Made by a program: the position numbers and the translations under genes. A stretch of DNA of 64,000 nucleotides. Origin: a virus. The notes beneath the pieces are model-generated. The model saw only the letters and a program-made list of their open reading frames with translations, was not told the DNA's origin and made no database searches. This document shows positions 42,434 to 52,118 of this stretch, in pieces; position 1 is the first letter of the stretch; each line of letters opens with the position of its first letter. The stretch lies in IMG/VR virus record IMGVR_UViG_3300025006_000001; one strand, 5' to 3'.

Positions 42434-44980
42434 TTAGCTAGTTAAGGATTCTATACCCTCTAATGTTTTACTTAACTCACCAATTACTTTGTCTACAGGG
42501 TCTTTAATTTGAAAGCTAGATTGGCGATTAAAATTGTTTCTCATAGCTACTTCAGTTCCGTCTTCATTTGTGGGCGGTCCTGAATTTGTTGTAGTAGAAA
42601 CTCCTAAAACATCTGAATATACAGGATCTTCCTTAATAACTTGTTTCTCCTTATAGAAAACAAATGCAATTTCATAATTCGTTTTAGCTCGTCTAGCTTT
42701 AAGACAACTAAGACGAAATTTACTAGCAGGTCTAGCTTTCTTTTCGTCTTCATTTTGAGAAACACCAAACACCAAATCAGGAGCGTTAAATCGACTCTTA
42801 GCGCCCTGTGCCATGTGAAGTTTTAAAGTGTCCGATTTCATAGCCTCGGTTCCACCTTGAGTAGCAGTTAATCCTAGAATATCTCTAGTCTTAAGAACTG
42901 CTTTTACTTCTTGGGCAAGATGTTCCGCAGCAATCCAGAATTCACCGGCTCCTGATTCTGGAAGCATGCATTCTAAATAATCTAAAACTAAAACATCAAT
43001 TTTACCACATTTATCTTCAGGTTTACCAGCCTTTTTATCTAAATCATAAAGATAAATTTCTAATCTATCTAAATATCTTTCAAGTTTGGACTTAGTAAGT
43101 TCTCTTGGAGCAAAATGCTTAATAATAAAATTATTAGTGTAATGTTTGGTATACTTATCAGAAACGTCATCAAAGGCTGCATTAGGATCAAGTTTTTGTG
43201 TGATATCTCTGTCCATAAGACAGCCGACAGTTCTAGCAATTAATTCGCCTTCTACATTGTCCATAGCCACATAAACTACACGATAATCTTGATTTACCAT
43301 ATTTGCAGCCATATTTAACAGAAACGCCGTATTATGAGTTAAAATAAAATCGTCGGTTAGATAACTGCTGGTAGGAGAATCTACCCTGATACATTGCGCT
43401 TGATCTTTTCTAACAAATTCTACTTTGTCTATAATTCTTTTGTAACCATAGTGAGTTCTAGGATTCCAATTTTCAGCTTTTCTAGACAACTTAAAGGGAC
43501 AAATTGGAATATTAAAAAATAATCTGTAATAAGTTTTACCTTCTACAATTTTAGTTTTAATTTCTCCAACATTTCCACCTAAAGATAGGGCTAACTGTTT
43601 TACAGAAGTAACCAGATTTAAAGAAGCAGAGATATAGTCAATTCCACTTTTACTTGCACTTAAATGTCCATCTGTATCCATAAGACCTTGAAGTAAAGCT
43701 TGTCTTTGTTCTAAAGATCCCCAAAGATACTCTTCTGGGATAAATTTAGTGTGAAAATTACAGCCCATTAAATTTAAACGTCTAAGTTCTTCTAAATAAA
43801 CATTTTTAACATGAGGATGTCTACGATCATTTCTTTTAGAAAATTGGTAATCTATATCTGCTTTTGTATTGTGTTTTACCAACTCTATTTGTTCTGGAAT
43901 AAGGGCTCTTAAATTTTCTACCAATTCAGGATCGGCACAAGTAAATCCTACATTATTTCCAGTTATTGAACCGTCACCCAAAATAGCTCCAAGAACATAC
44001 GGATGTATAATGTAAGTTTTTTCAGGTAGGTTGATGGGTTTTACGTTAGGAATTTGCCAATCTTTTCTGCCTTGACCTGAAGTCAATTTATTTTTAAACG
44101 ATTTTAAAGGTAAAACCGTCCATTCATCTTTTTTGGTATTAGAATAATGTCTTACCCACCAAAGATGTTCATCGCAACATTCAGTAGAAGTTCCGTCTGA
44201 AAACGTAACTTTATAAATATCTTTTTCTCCCTGGGGGAATACGCCTTTTACTTTAACAACATTACCGTCCCAATCTATAACCTCAGATCCGACTTTCATA
44301 TCTCCCATAGTTTTCATTCCTTCGGGAGTTACAATTTTAGCATTTAAGGGCTGGGCCTTACCAACACCTGTGCTGGCCATTACTACGAACAATTCACCTT
44401 TACGCAGTCCACCTTGAAGTTGTCTATCCCAAATTTCATAACCAGTTGGAATACAAGCTTCAATATTATACTCTGCTAAAAGATTTTTAGCTTTAGCAAT
44501 TCCTTGATCAGAGAACATATTGAGGCCTAGATCTTCATCGTCTGAAAGAAAATGACGAAGTTTAGACAATCTTCTTTCATAACTTCCAATTTGGTCTAAA
44601 AGATCTTGAGCTTGAAGATTAATTAACTCTTCACTAATCTTAGCAGTTTCTTCTTTAATAAGATAATTACTAATAGAAACACCAGTAAGACTTGTGACAT
44701 ATCTATCATAAATAGAAGTGATAATTTCTTGAACAGCTTCTTTTTCAAAATCATTAAATCGTTCATTCTTAGACATAGAATCATTTAAAATCTTTTGAAA
44801 TTCAGTTTTAGTAGGGATAGTTTTATAGCTATCCAAAACTTTAAACAATTCTTTATAAACAAGATTAAGATATTTGTCTGAGAATTTTAAAGATTCTAAT
44901 CTTTCTTTATGTTGTTTTAGATAATAAGGTTTATTTAGACAATAAGATATAAGGTCTAATTCAAACTCTCTATTATACAT
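42434..44980 (-). CDS. dnaB: DnaB-type replicative helicase precursor containing an intein
   Basis: Walker A STGVGK is interrupted and resumes as TAFLLNMAANM. Walker B VLVLDYLE. The N-terminal domain is DnaB-like. Confidence 0.75.
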   Translation of the reverse strand: MYNREFELDLISYCLNKPYYLKQHKERLESLKFSDKYLNLVYKELFKVLDSYKTIPTKTEFQKILNDSMSKNERFNDFEKEAVQEIITSIYDRYVTSLTGVSISNYLIKEETAKISEELINLQAQDLLDQIGSYERRLSKLRHFLSDDEDLGLNMFSDQGIAKAKNLLAEYNIEACIPTGYEIWDRQLQGGLRKGELFVVMASTGVGKAQPLNAKIVTPEGMKTMGDMKVGSEVIDWDGNVVKVKGVFPQGEKDIYKVTFSDGTSTECCDEHLWWVRHYSNTKKDEWTVLPLKSFKNKLTSGQGRKDWQIPNVKPINLPEKTYIIHPYVLGAILGDGSITGNNVGFTCADPELVENLRALIPEQIELVKHNTKADIDYQFSKRNDRRHPHVKNVYLEELRRLNLMGCNFHTKFIPEEYLWGSLEQRQALLQGLMDTDGHLSASKSGIDYISASLNLVTSVKQLALSLGGNVGEIKTKIVEGKTYYRLFFNIPICPFKLSRKAENWNPRTHYGYKRIIDKVEFVRKDQAQCIRVDSPTSSYLTDDFILTHNTAFLLNMAANMVNQDYRVVYVAMDNVEGELIARTVGCLMDRDITQKLDPNAAFDDVSDKYTKHYTNNFIIKHFAPRELTKSKLERYLDRLEIYLYDLDKKAGKPEDKCGKIDVLVLDYLECMLPESGAGEFWIAAEHLAQEVKAVLKTRDILGLTATQGGTEAMKSDTLKLHMAQGAKSRFNAPDLVFGVSQNEDEKKARPASKFRLSCLKARRAKTNYEIAFVFYKEKQVIKEDPVYSDVLGVSTTTNSGPPTNEDGTEVAMRNNFNRQSSFQIKDPVDKVIGELSKTLEGIESLTS
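43331..44356 (-). mobile_element. Intein (aa 209-550 of the helicase) with LAGLIDADG homing endonuclease; class-3-type features
   Basis: Inserted in the P-loop (GVGK|A...THN|T). Starts with Ala. Block B has DEHLW (Trp two residues after His). Block F has AQCIRVD. Block G has ILTHN, with Thr at +1. LGAILGDGSI and LLQGLMDTDGHL are the LAGLIDADG motifs. Confidence 0.7.
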
Positions 44981-44988
44981 TTATGCTC

Positions 44989-46122
44989 CTAAAGTTTATT
45001 GTATTTTTCTTCCAAAACGTTCATAGTTCGATTTACAATCATATTGTAATAATCGTCATTAGTGTAACAATTCTTTTCCCAATCTTCCCAAGACATAGCT
45101 TCTTCTTTGGAGTCAGAAACTCTAAGTTTATAACCTGCAGCGGAAGCAAATTTCAGTTCTCCAGCGTCTTTAAGAACTTGTAACATAGAATGAACATTAT
45201 CAGGACCTGTTGGCAAATATTTAGCATTAGTGTTAAGATAATACTCGACTGCAGACTGACCTGAACCACAATGATTAAATTTGTTTTTAGTAATTTTAAT
45301 AGCCAGACGTTGGCGGTAAGCAACGTCTTCACCATCTACTTTGGTATACCAATGCATATCTTTGGTAGCGTCTTTTTTATTAACTCGTTTATAATGAATC
45401 ATAATTAACTGACAACGCATAGGCAAAGTCATTCCTCCAGGTATGGAGTAATCTTCGAATCTAGATAAAATATTTGCATAAACAGCGTTCAACAAAACTA
45501 AAATAGCATTAGTATTTCCAATTCTGGAAGTAACCATATTGATAAATTTGTTGAAAGTCTGATTATTACCACCTACACGAACTCCTCCCCCTATTTCTCC
45601 TTCAGGGAATAGGAAAGGAACACTATCTACACCAATAAGAACAGGATCTTGTCTACCTTGTAGACCATCTAAAGCATTAATTATAATCTTCTGATATCGT
45701 TCTGCGCCACCGCCCGGTCTAATATATTCTAATCCTGGAGTAGCTTTCTTAGACATTCCATACAGTTTAAGATAATTATCAGTAAGTCCGTTTTCTCCGT
45801 CTATATAAATAGCTCTATGCCCCTTACCAACATGATCTCTAATCATGTTGAGTAAAAACCCAGTCTTCCCTGAATGATTCTCTCCTGCAGACTGAATTAT
45901 ATTTCCACCTAAAATGCCTGGATTTTCTGGATTAATCATATAATCCAACTCTAACAACCCTGTAGAGTAATTATGTCTTGGAAATTTAAAAATTTTAGTT
46001 TCTTTTGCCCAAGATTTATATTCTTCATCCATCATTTTGTTGAAGAAAGAACCAAAATCTTCAGACTCTTCTTTATTCTTTGCCATAAAATCCTCATGAA
46101 AAGGGGAGAGCAGCTTATTCAA
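44989..46122 (-). CDS. RecA/UvsX-like recombinase
   Basis: STGLLELDYMI..GILGGNIIQSAGENHSGKTGFLLN (Walker A) and VLIGVDSV (Walker B). 377 aa. Confidence 0.65.
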   Translation of the reverse strand: MNKLLSPFHEDFMAKNKEESEDFGSFFNKMMDEEYKSWAKETKIFKFPRHNYSTGLLELDYMINPENPGILGGNIIQSAGENHSGKTGFLLNMIRDHVGKGHRAIYIDGENGLTDNYLKLYGMSKKATPGLEYIRPGGGAERYQKIIINALDGLQGRQDPVLIGVDSVPFLFPEGEIGGGVRVGGNNQTFNKFINMVTSRIGNTNAILVLLNAVYANILSRFEDYSIPGGMTLPMRCQLIMIHYKRVNKKDATKDMHWYTKVDGEDVAYRQRLAIKITKNKFNHCGSGQSAVEYYLNTNAKYLPTGPDNVHSMLQVLKDAGELKFASAAGYKLRVSDSKEEAMSWEDWEKNCYTNDDYYNMIVNRTMNVLEEKYNKL

Positions 46123-46153
46123 CTACTCTCCCCTGTAATTTAATAGGGAGATA

Positions 46154-47104
46154 TTACTTGATGAAACCGAGAGGAATAAGATACTTATCAGTCATAGGAC
46201 AATTTTTAAGCATATTAAGCATTTCGTCAGGCTTCTTAAAGGAATTCTTTAATTCTCTAGTAATCAAATCTGGATAGTTTCCTTCCATATTCAATTTTTC
46301 AAGGAAACTATCAGGAAGCTCAGTTCTAACTTCTGAAGGAATAAAACTATAACTTTTAGGAGTCGTAGTTGTATGTTTAAACTTAACACCACAACCCTCT
46401 ACAGCGTCAGTCCAAAATCCTTCATAACCAACAACCTCTTGAGTTTCCTCATCAATTACTGGAATTCGATCTACAAGCATTTTAGTTACTTCATCTCGAA
46501 CAACTTGAACATCGTTCATTTGAAGAATACGAAGCTGCATAGTAGTCATTTTACGATCAGGAACATAATTTGAATAACGAGGATACTTACCATCCGGAGA
46601 TTTTCCTTCGTCACATCGAGCGTAAACAATTACAGGAAATAAATACTGAGTCCAAGTTTTGGTCATAGCTGTGAGAAATTCTTTAAATTCCTCGTCATTT
46701 TGGATAATATCTCTAAGCTCTTGACCTTCTTCGGTTTCACTCTTCGCTCGATCATAAATATCACGAAGAATGTCCTTAATAGGATCTTCAGCTTTTGGAT
46801 CTAAACAGCCGGGGGCCATTACATAGTGGCTGCTGTGTTTAGCCCAGCCTCCCTTTTTCTCGGTATCAATTTCATAGGCGAATTGATACATTTGCTTTTT
46901 AACATAACCGAGAGGACAGCGTTCCGGATGGGGAGGGAGGAATCGAATCATATAATCGGTGCCGGCCTTCAATTCACTATATTTCAAGTAAGGCCAACTC
47001 ATGCGATCAGGATTGTTGAGAGCGGGGTCTCTAGGGGCGCGAGGCTCAATCTTATCTTTAGAAAGTTCTTTTCCTAGTGCTGCTAGAATATTAAAGTCTG
47101 CCAT
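46154..47104 (-). CDS. Putative ssDNA-binding protein (gp32-like)
   Basis: DYMIRFLPPHPE resembles the T4 gp32 motif AVIRFLPS. It lies next to the recombinase. Confidence 0.4.
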   Translation of the reverse strand: MADFNILAALGKELSKDKIEPRAPRDPALNNPDRMSWPYLKYSELKAGTDYMIRFLPPHPERCPLGYVKKQMYQFAYEIDTEKKGGWAKHSSHYVMAPGCLDPKAEDPIKDILRDIYDRAKSETEEGQELRDIIQNDEEFKEFLTAMTKTWTQYLFPVIVYARCDEGKSPDGKYPRYSNYVPDRKMTTMQLRILQMNDVQVVRDEVTKMLVDRIPVIDEETQEVVGYEGFWTDAVEGCGVKFKHTTTTPKSYSFIPSEVRTELPDSFLEKLNMEGNYPDLITRELKNSFKKPDEMLNMLKNCPMTDKYLIPLGFIK

Positions 47105-47119
47105 TTTTGTTTCCTTAAT

Positions 47120-47596
47120 TTAGTATTGATTATCAAGTTTCAATAGTGTAGGTAAGCACAATCCTTTAGTTATATTAGCCGATTTAGCTGTTTCTAAATT
47201 AGCTTCTAGTTCCGAAAGATCGTTTATTAACGCTACTATAGATTGATATTCTTTATTATTTACAACTTTACCTTTACGATATTCATTATCGTATTTGCTA
47301 CTATTCTTTCCTGAAATACATTCGTCAGTTACTTCAACATAAAGTTTTCCATGTAGACGTTCTCTTTGTTGCTCAATAGTAGCTTTAACTTTTTTAACTC
47401 TTGCTAAATGTGCCCCTACGGAAATCGTCCTATTAAAGAACATATTTACGTAATAAACTTTAGCTGCTTGTTCATTTTTTGTAAAAATCTCTTGGTCTTC
47501 TGGAGATAAAGCTAAAGAATTTCCATATTCTTGAAGTCTAGTCCACAAGTCTTGATTGGGACAATCAATTTTTTCAAAGATTTTTTCTAAATTCAT
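47120..47596 (-). CDS. Hypothetical protein
   Basis: ORF track. Confidence 0.5.
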   Translation of the reverse strand: MNLEKIFEKIDCPNQDLWTRLQEYGNSLALSPEDQEIFTKNEQAAKVYYVNMFFNRTISVGAHLARVKKVKATIEQQRERLHGKLYVEVTDECISGKNSSKYDNEYRKGKVVNNKEYQSIVALINDLSELEANLETAKSANITKGLCLPTLLKLDNQY

Positions 47597-47814
47597 GTTA
47601 GTAATTCCATCATTAAATTTTTACAATCTTTGATTTTTAATTTAAACCTTTCTTGACCATAACCATAAAATCTAACATAGTTATCATCTATCTCATAACT
47701 ATCTGCATTTACTTCATAGTTACTTCTAATAAAATTATAAGTATGATTATTGGTGTAATTAATTTCTACAGGTCCGGGTAATGTTCCTGAATAATTATTC
47801 ACTAACTTTCTCAC
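47593..47814 (-). CDS. Hypothetical protein (GTG start)
   Basis: ORF track. Confidence 0.5.
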   Translation of the reverse strand: MRKLVNNYSGTLPGPVEINYTNNHTYNFIRSNYEVNADSYEIDDNYVRFYGYGQERFKLKIKDCKNLMMELLT

Positions 47815-47978
47815 AAAATTGCCTCTTTATAAACATCTGCTACTAACATCATAAGCTTATCTACAGGAATTTCTACTTCAATTCCGTCAAAATTGATATT
47901 AAGTTTTTTATCTTTTACTTTATGAGAAGTATATTTCTGAGGATAAATAGTTTCTATAGGTGTAAGAAATTTAGCCAT
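47811..47978 (-). CDS. Small hypothetical protein (55 aa, below cutoff)
   Basis: ATG at 47978 overlaps the polymerase stop (AATGGCTAA). Translates as MAKFLTPIETIYPQKYTSHKVKDKKLNINFDG.... GTGA overlap with the next gene. Confidence 0.45.
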   Translation of the reverse strand: MAKFLTPIETIYPQKYTSHKVKDKKLNINFDGIEVEIPVDKLMMLVADVYKEAIL

Positions 47979-50940
47979 TGTAGGGTAAATGTAACTCCTT
48001 ATTTTTCTTTAAATAACTAGCTAAAGTAGGACCATATTCTGCTTCAGTTCTGAGAGGAACATCCATTCCAAAAGGAAGTGCTGAAGTGTCTTCCATAATG
48101 TTTTGAATTTCTTTTATTGCCCAATCTACTTGGGTTTCTTTAACTAAGAACCATACCGCATCATGAACAAGATTAACTAACTGAATTACATCTTCAAGAT
48201 ATTCTTTTTGAATCCAATCTTGAAGTCTAGCCGCTTGCCAAAGACAAATATCAGATCCCAAACTTTGAATTGGAAAATTCACACCAACTCGAATAGCTTT
48301 TGCTAATTCTTTATTATAACGTTTACGATCTTCCTTATCCCACTTACGAGGAGGCATAAGTGGAAAATCACGTTTACGTCCAAACATCGTATGAACCATA
48401 CGGCCCGTTTCGATATCAGAAATAATGCCTTCTTTCCAATCGTAAATTTCAGAATACATTTCTCGTGCTTTGCGATAAAAATCCTTAGCTTCTTCTTCAG
48501 TGATTTTCATATCTCGCATAAACGAGGGAATACCACGACCATAACACCAAGCCAAGAAACCTACTTTAAGTTTATCACGAAAAACTTCATCTACGTTTTC
48601 TTTAAGTTGTTCTTTAACTTTTTTATCACTTTTAGAAAAATCTACGCCAAAATCATAAATATCATTAGCAGTTACTCGATAAATATCTAGTTTACGTCTA
48701 AAAACTTCTTTTAATCTTTCACAACCAGATACAAAAGAGAGCAATACCGGTTCAAGTGAAGCATAATCTACCTCAACAAAAACATAACCCGGTGGTGCTT
48801 TAAAATGTTTTCTTAAATAGCCTACTTTTCTAATTTGTTGGGTGTTAATTTGAGTATTACTCAAACGGCCAGATTGGGCACCACCATCCGCTTCTTTGTT
48901 CGCATAAACAAGGCTTTGGTTTTTGGTTAACAGGAAGTTACTGTGGAATCGTCCGGTTTCTGGAACCCAATACTGTTCCCAGTTACCAATAAATTTACTT
49001 CTTACTTGACGATTATTTCCTACATAAGAGAAAGCATTAAAAATCTTATACAATTCTTGATTATCAGCATCATCTTTAAAATGATCTCTGATATTGTTAA
49101 TACATTTCTTACTTGTATAAGAATAATTATTTGATTTAGTTAATAAAGCGAAATCTTGAAGGCCAAGCTTTTCACACAAAGCTGTAATAAACTTGGCTTT
49201 AGTAGGGCTTACTTCTTTAAGTAAGTCTTCCTCAGTTAAGGTGCCTTTTTCTTCTTTAGTTGAAATATTTTCAAGCTCTAGAAGAACGTCTTTAATTACT
49301 TTAACTTCTAATAACTCTTTACGAACCTTAAGTTCAGTCTCTTCCAAATCTCGCTTCATTTCCTGGAGCGATTCCATATCCATAGGCAATCCGTTACGCT
49401 CTACATAACAAATCATCTTAATAGATTTACGAAATAAATCGTAAGCAGTTTCATCCCAAAGAGGATCGCCTTCTTTTTCACGACCTTTTTCATATTTGGA
49501 AAGATAAGGGAGAATTTCTCTTTTAAGCTTTAAAGTACAATAAGTGTCTTCAGCATTATACTGAGCAAGAACACTAATCGGGAGATCTCCATAATCACAA
49601 GAACCTTCGGGAGGAAGCTCGTCTACAGCTTTTTTACAAAGCGCAAGCAATTTTTCTATCTCTTCATGAGAAGAATATTTAGATAGAATTGCTTCATAAC
49701 TTTTAGCTTTAATGGAAGTAATCTTGTTACCAACTTCTTTCCAAGTTAAAGCTTCGCAATATTTCTTATAGTCTTGCTGCTTATCTTTATAGTTATCAAT
49801 AGCTTGTTTACGAAATTCTTTAAGACGAATATTCGCTTCAATTTCATAACGCTTTACTTCATCGGCATAATCATAGATACCAAGATATTGAGCAGAGAGA
49901 TCTTTGAGGCCATTGTTAACACGATTTTGATTAGTAAGATAAAATAAAGCAAGAGTGTCATTATACTCTCTAATAAACTTCCAAATATCTACACCTAATT
50001 GTCTATAGATAGTTTGAATATCGTGCTTACCATTATGAGCTGAAACTATTCTATCTGTAAATAGTTTTTCTAAACAAAGCTTGTCTTTTAACGCTTCTCC
50101 AACTACTACATAATTTTTATAGTCTTTGGATTTTTCACAATAGTAAGTAAAAGCTAGAGAAAGAATATTAGCGTTACATTTCCAAATAATATTGCGAGTT
50201 AAATCTTTTTTGGAATGTCTGTTCTCGATGTCAAATGCCATTTCTTTAAAAGGCATTCCAGCTACTTGATAGAATCGAGCGGGAGTAGTAATTAGTTCAA
50301 AATCGACAGGCTTTCTAACGTCTGTTTCTAGACAGTATTTTTCAGCTTTATTGAAAACTAATTTGTAAAGAGATTGAAGACGAACTTTATCTACTTTTTC
50401 ATTGAAAAATCTAACTGGATGTTCTACAGCTAGAACAAGAGAGTTTAGTTCTTTGATTTCGTCTTGTTGCCATTCTACATTAATTCCGGTCTTCTCAATC
50501 TCTTTCATTGTTTTGGGAGATTGATTTTGTAGAACTGCGTCCATTGCTTGTTTGCCTAAACATACGATAGCTCTAGGCTTATGTTTTAGAATTAGAGGCT
50601 TTAATTTTTCTTGAAAACAAGCGTTATAATGTTTCTTATTTAGAGTAGTTCCTCTAGACACACCACAAGCTAAAGCTGTAGTGAAAACGTATTTACATTT
50701 TAAACTAGAGAGAATTGTATTTACTACTGTCGTATAAGCCCTCTCGTCTGAATTAAAATAAGTTCCTTTTTCATCATCTTTTAAATCAGTGTAATCGGCT
50801 ACAACCAGGAGAGTATTTGTGTCTTTTGTCTCATAGCGATAATCAAGAATAGGTCTGAGATTTCCGGGTTCTTGGTTCTTGCAGTTTTTAAATAGTGCGC
50901 AAGATTCACAATTTTCTGAATTGTTTTTAGTTTGTTCCAT
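47971..50940 (-). CDS. polA: Family A DNA polymerase with 3'-5' exonuclease and an N-terminal UDG-family-4-like domain
   Basis: Pol motifs DYASLEP (A), RDKLKVGFLAWCYGRG (B) and LVHDAVWF (C). Exo motifs AFDIEN, HNGKHD and YNAEDTY. The N-terminus has CESCALFKNC...LLVVADYTD...VEHPVRF. Confidence 0.8.
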   Translation of the reverse strand: MEQTKNNSENCESCALFKNCKNQEPGNLRPILDYRYETKDTNTLLVVADYTDLKDDEKGTYFNSDERAYTTVVNTILSSLKCKYVFTTALACGVSRGTTLNKKHYNACFQEKLKPLILKHKPRAIVCLGKQAMDAVLQNQSPKTMKEIEKTGINVEWQQDEIKELNSLVLAVEHPVRFFNEKVDKVRLQSLYKLVFNKAEKYCLETDVRKPVDFELITTPARFYQVAGMPFKEMAFDIENRHSKKDLTRNIIWKCNANILSLAFTYYCEKSKDYKNYVVVGEALKDKLCLEKLFTDRIVSAHNGKHDIQTIYRQLGVDIWKFIREYNDTLALFYLTNQNRVNNGLKDLSAQYLGIYDYADEVKRYEIEANIRLKEFRKQAIDNYKDKQQDYKKYCEALTWKEVGNKITSIKAKSYEAILSKYSSHEEIEKLLALCKKAVDELPPEGSCDYGDLPISVLAQYNAEDTYCTLKLKREILPYLSKYEKGREKEGDPLWDETAYDLFRKSIKMICYVERNGLPMDMESLQEMKRDLEETELKVRKELLEVKVIKDVLLELENISTKEEKGTLTEEDLLKEVSPTKAKFITALCEKLGLQDFALLTKSNNYSYTSKKCINNIRDHFKDDADNQELYKIFNAFSYVGNNRQVRSKFIGNWEQYWVPETGRFHSNFLLTKNQSLVYANKEADGGAQSGRLSNTQINTQQIRKVGYLRKHFKAPPGYVFVEVDYASLEPVLLSFVSGCERLKEVFRRKLDIYRVTANDIYDFGVDFSKSDKKVKEQLKENVDEVFRDKLKVGFLAWCYGRGIPSFMRDMKITEEEAKDFYRKAREMYSEIYDWKEGIISDIETGRMVHTMFGRKRDFPLMPPRKWDKEDRKRYNKELAKAIRVGVNFPIQSLGSDICLWQAARLQDWIQKEYLEDVIQLVNLVHDAVWFLVKETQVDWAIKEIQNIMEDTSALPFGMDVPLRTEAEYGPTLASYLKKNKELHLPYNG

Positions 50941-50988
50941 AAAATTTTCTTAGAGAGATTAAGCAGCGTTTGTTAACTGCTTGTTAAC

Positions 50989-51017
50989 ATCCTAGCAAGT
51001 TTGTTAACTTTTGTCAA
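50989..51017 (-). promoter_or_regulatory. Sigma70-like promoter upstream of the polymerase gene
   Basis: The minus strand reads TTGACA-aaagttaacaaacttgc(17)-TAGGAT. It lies inside a 32-nt exact repeat (50992-51023 = 52045-52076). Confidence 0.55.
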
Positions 51018-51159
51018 CACTTTCGAAGAAAATTTTTAACATCTCAGAGAACGTAAAGCATCTAAAACTTTAAATCTTTTGTTTTATACGTTAACCAAAA
51101 ATCTTTTATATTATATGCTTTTATAAACTTTCTAACATAAATCAGAGAGAAGAATGGTT

Positions 51160-51300
51160 TTACTCAAGGTGTTTGTATATAGGATTTAATTTAGTCCCAC
51201 ACGTATTTAAATAAGTATTTTTTAAGGTTTCCGATAGAAAACAAGCGTAATTATTCTTATAATAAGAAGCCCATTTAGAATGTATTAGATAATATGTCAT
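51160..51300 (-). CDS. Small hypothetical protein (46 aa, below cutoff)
   Basis: ATGA overlap with the stop of 51297..51515. Translates as MTYYLIHSKWASYYKNNYACFLSETLKNTYLNTCG.... Confidence 0.4.
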   Translation of the reverse strand: MTYYLIHSKWASYYKNNYACFLSETLKNTYLNTCGTKLNPIYKHLE

Positions 51301-51515
51301 AAAACTACATTTCTAATTACTTTAATTATTAAAGGATACCAAAGAGAGAAGGTTTCAGACTGACTGCTTATGTTTAAGCTACGAGATATACGGAGTAATT
51401 CAGTGTCTTCTTTTAAAGCTTTTTCAGCCAAAGCTTCTGACGTATAAGCTCCTACCCACTTGTTATTTTCCTCTCTTATTTTATAACCAGCTTTATAACT
51501 TTCTGTTAAACGCAT
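51297..51515 (-). CDS. Hypothetical protein
   Basis: ORF track. Confidence 0.5.
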   Translation of the reverse strand: MRLTESYKAGYKIREENNKWVGAYTSEALAEKALKEDTELLRISRSLNISSQSETFSLWYPLIIKVIRNVVL

Positions 51516-51925
51516 TCTAAAATTTCTTTATTTAGTCTAGACATACAAACCATATTTTCTTTTACAATATTAAGTTTGTAAAGTAATATTTCAAAATCAG
51601 CTAGATTAAATCTATATCCTTTATCGTTTATAATGTTTTTAATAACAGAGAGGTAAGTGGATAAATGAGTTTCATTCTCTGGAAGCTTACTAAGGAAAAT
51701 TTTCCTTAGGTTTAATTGTTTTTTAGGATCATATTCTTTAAATTCAAAACGAAGTTTTGAAACTAATCCACCATATTCAGCATTCAATAAACGTCTATGT
51801 TCATCTAAAATATTTTTATAAATAGATTTGTCATAAATTATATTTATTTTTTCTTCTAAAGTTTTAAGTTTAGTTTCTAACTTATCCAGTTTAGTGTTAA
51901 AATGATTAAATAATTCGTAATCCAC
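51506..51925 (-). CDS. Hypothetical protein
   Basis: ORF track. Confidence 0.5.
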   Translation of the reverse strand: MDYELFNHFNTKLDKLETKLKTLEEKINIIYDKSIYKNILDEHRRLLNAEYGGLVSKLRFEFKEYDPKKQLNLRKIFLSKLPENETHLSTYLSVIKNIINDKGYRFNLADFEILLYKLNIVKENMVCMSRLNKEILECV

Positions 51926-52041
51926 TTAGTTAATATCCTTATATGTATCTACGTTTATATAATGTTTATTAATTGACCCAGAGGGTCAAGTCGTTTATAT
52001 TATTACGAATAGATACATTTATAGCGTCATATACTTATATT

Positions 52042-52070
52042 ATTCTAGCAAGTTTGTTAACTTTTGTCAA
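52042..52070 (-). promoter_or_regulatory. Sigma70-like promoter
   Basis: The minus strand reads TTGACA-aaagttaacaaacttgc(17)-TAGAAT. Second copy of the 32-nt repeat. The full palindrome TTGTTAACAA lies at 52086-52095. Confidence 0.55.
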
Positions 52071-52118
52071 CACTTTTTTAACATTTTGTTAACAAAAATT
52101 TACCTACGACTACTACCG

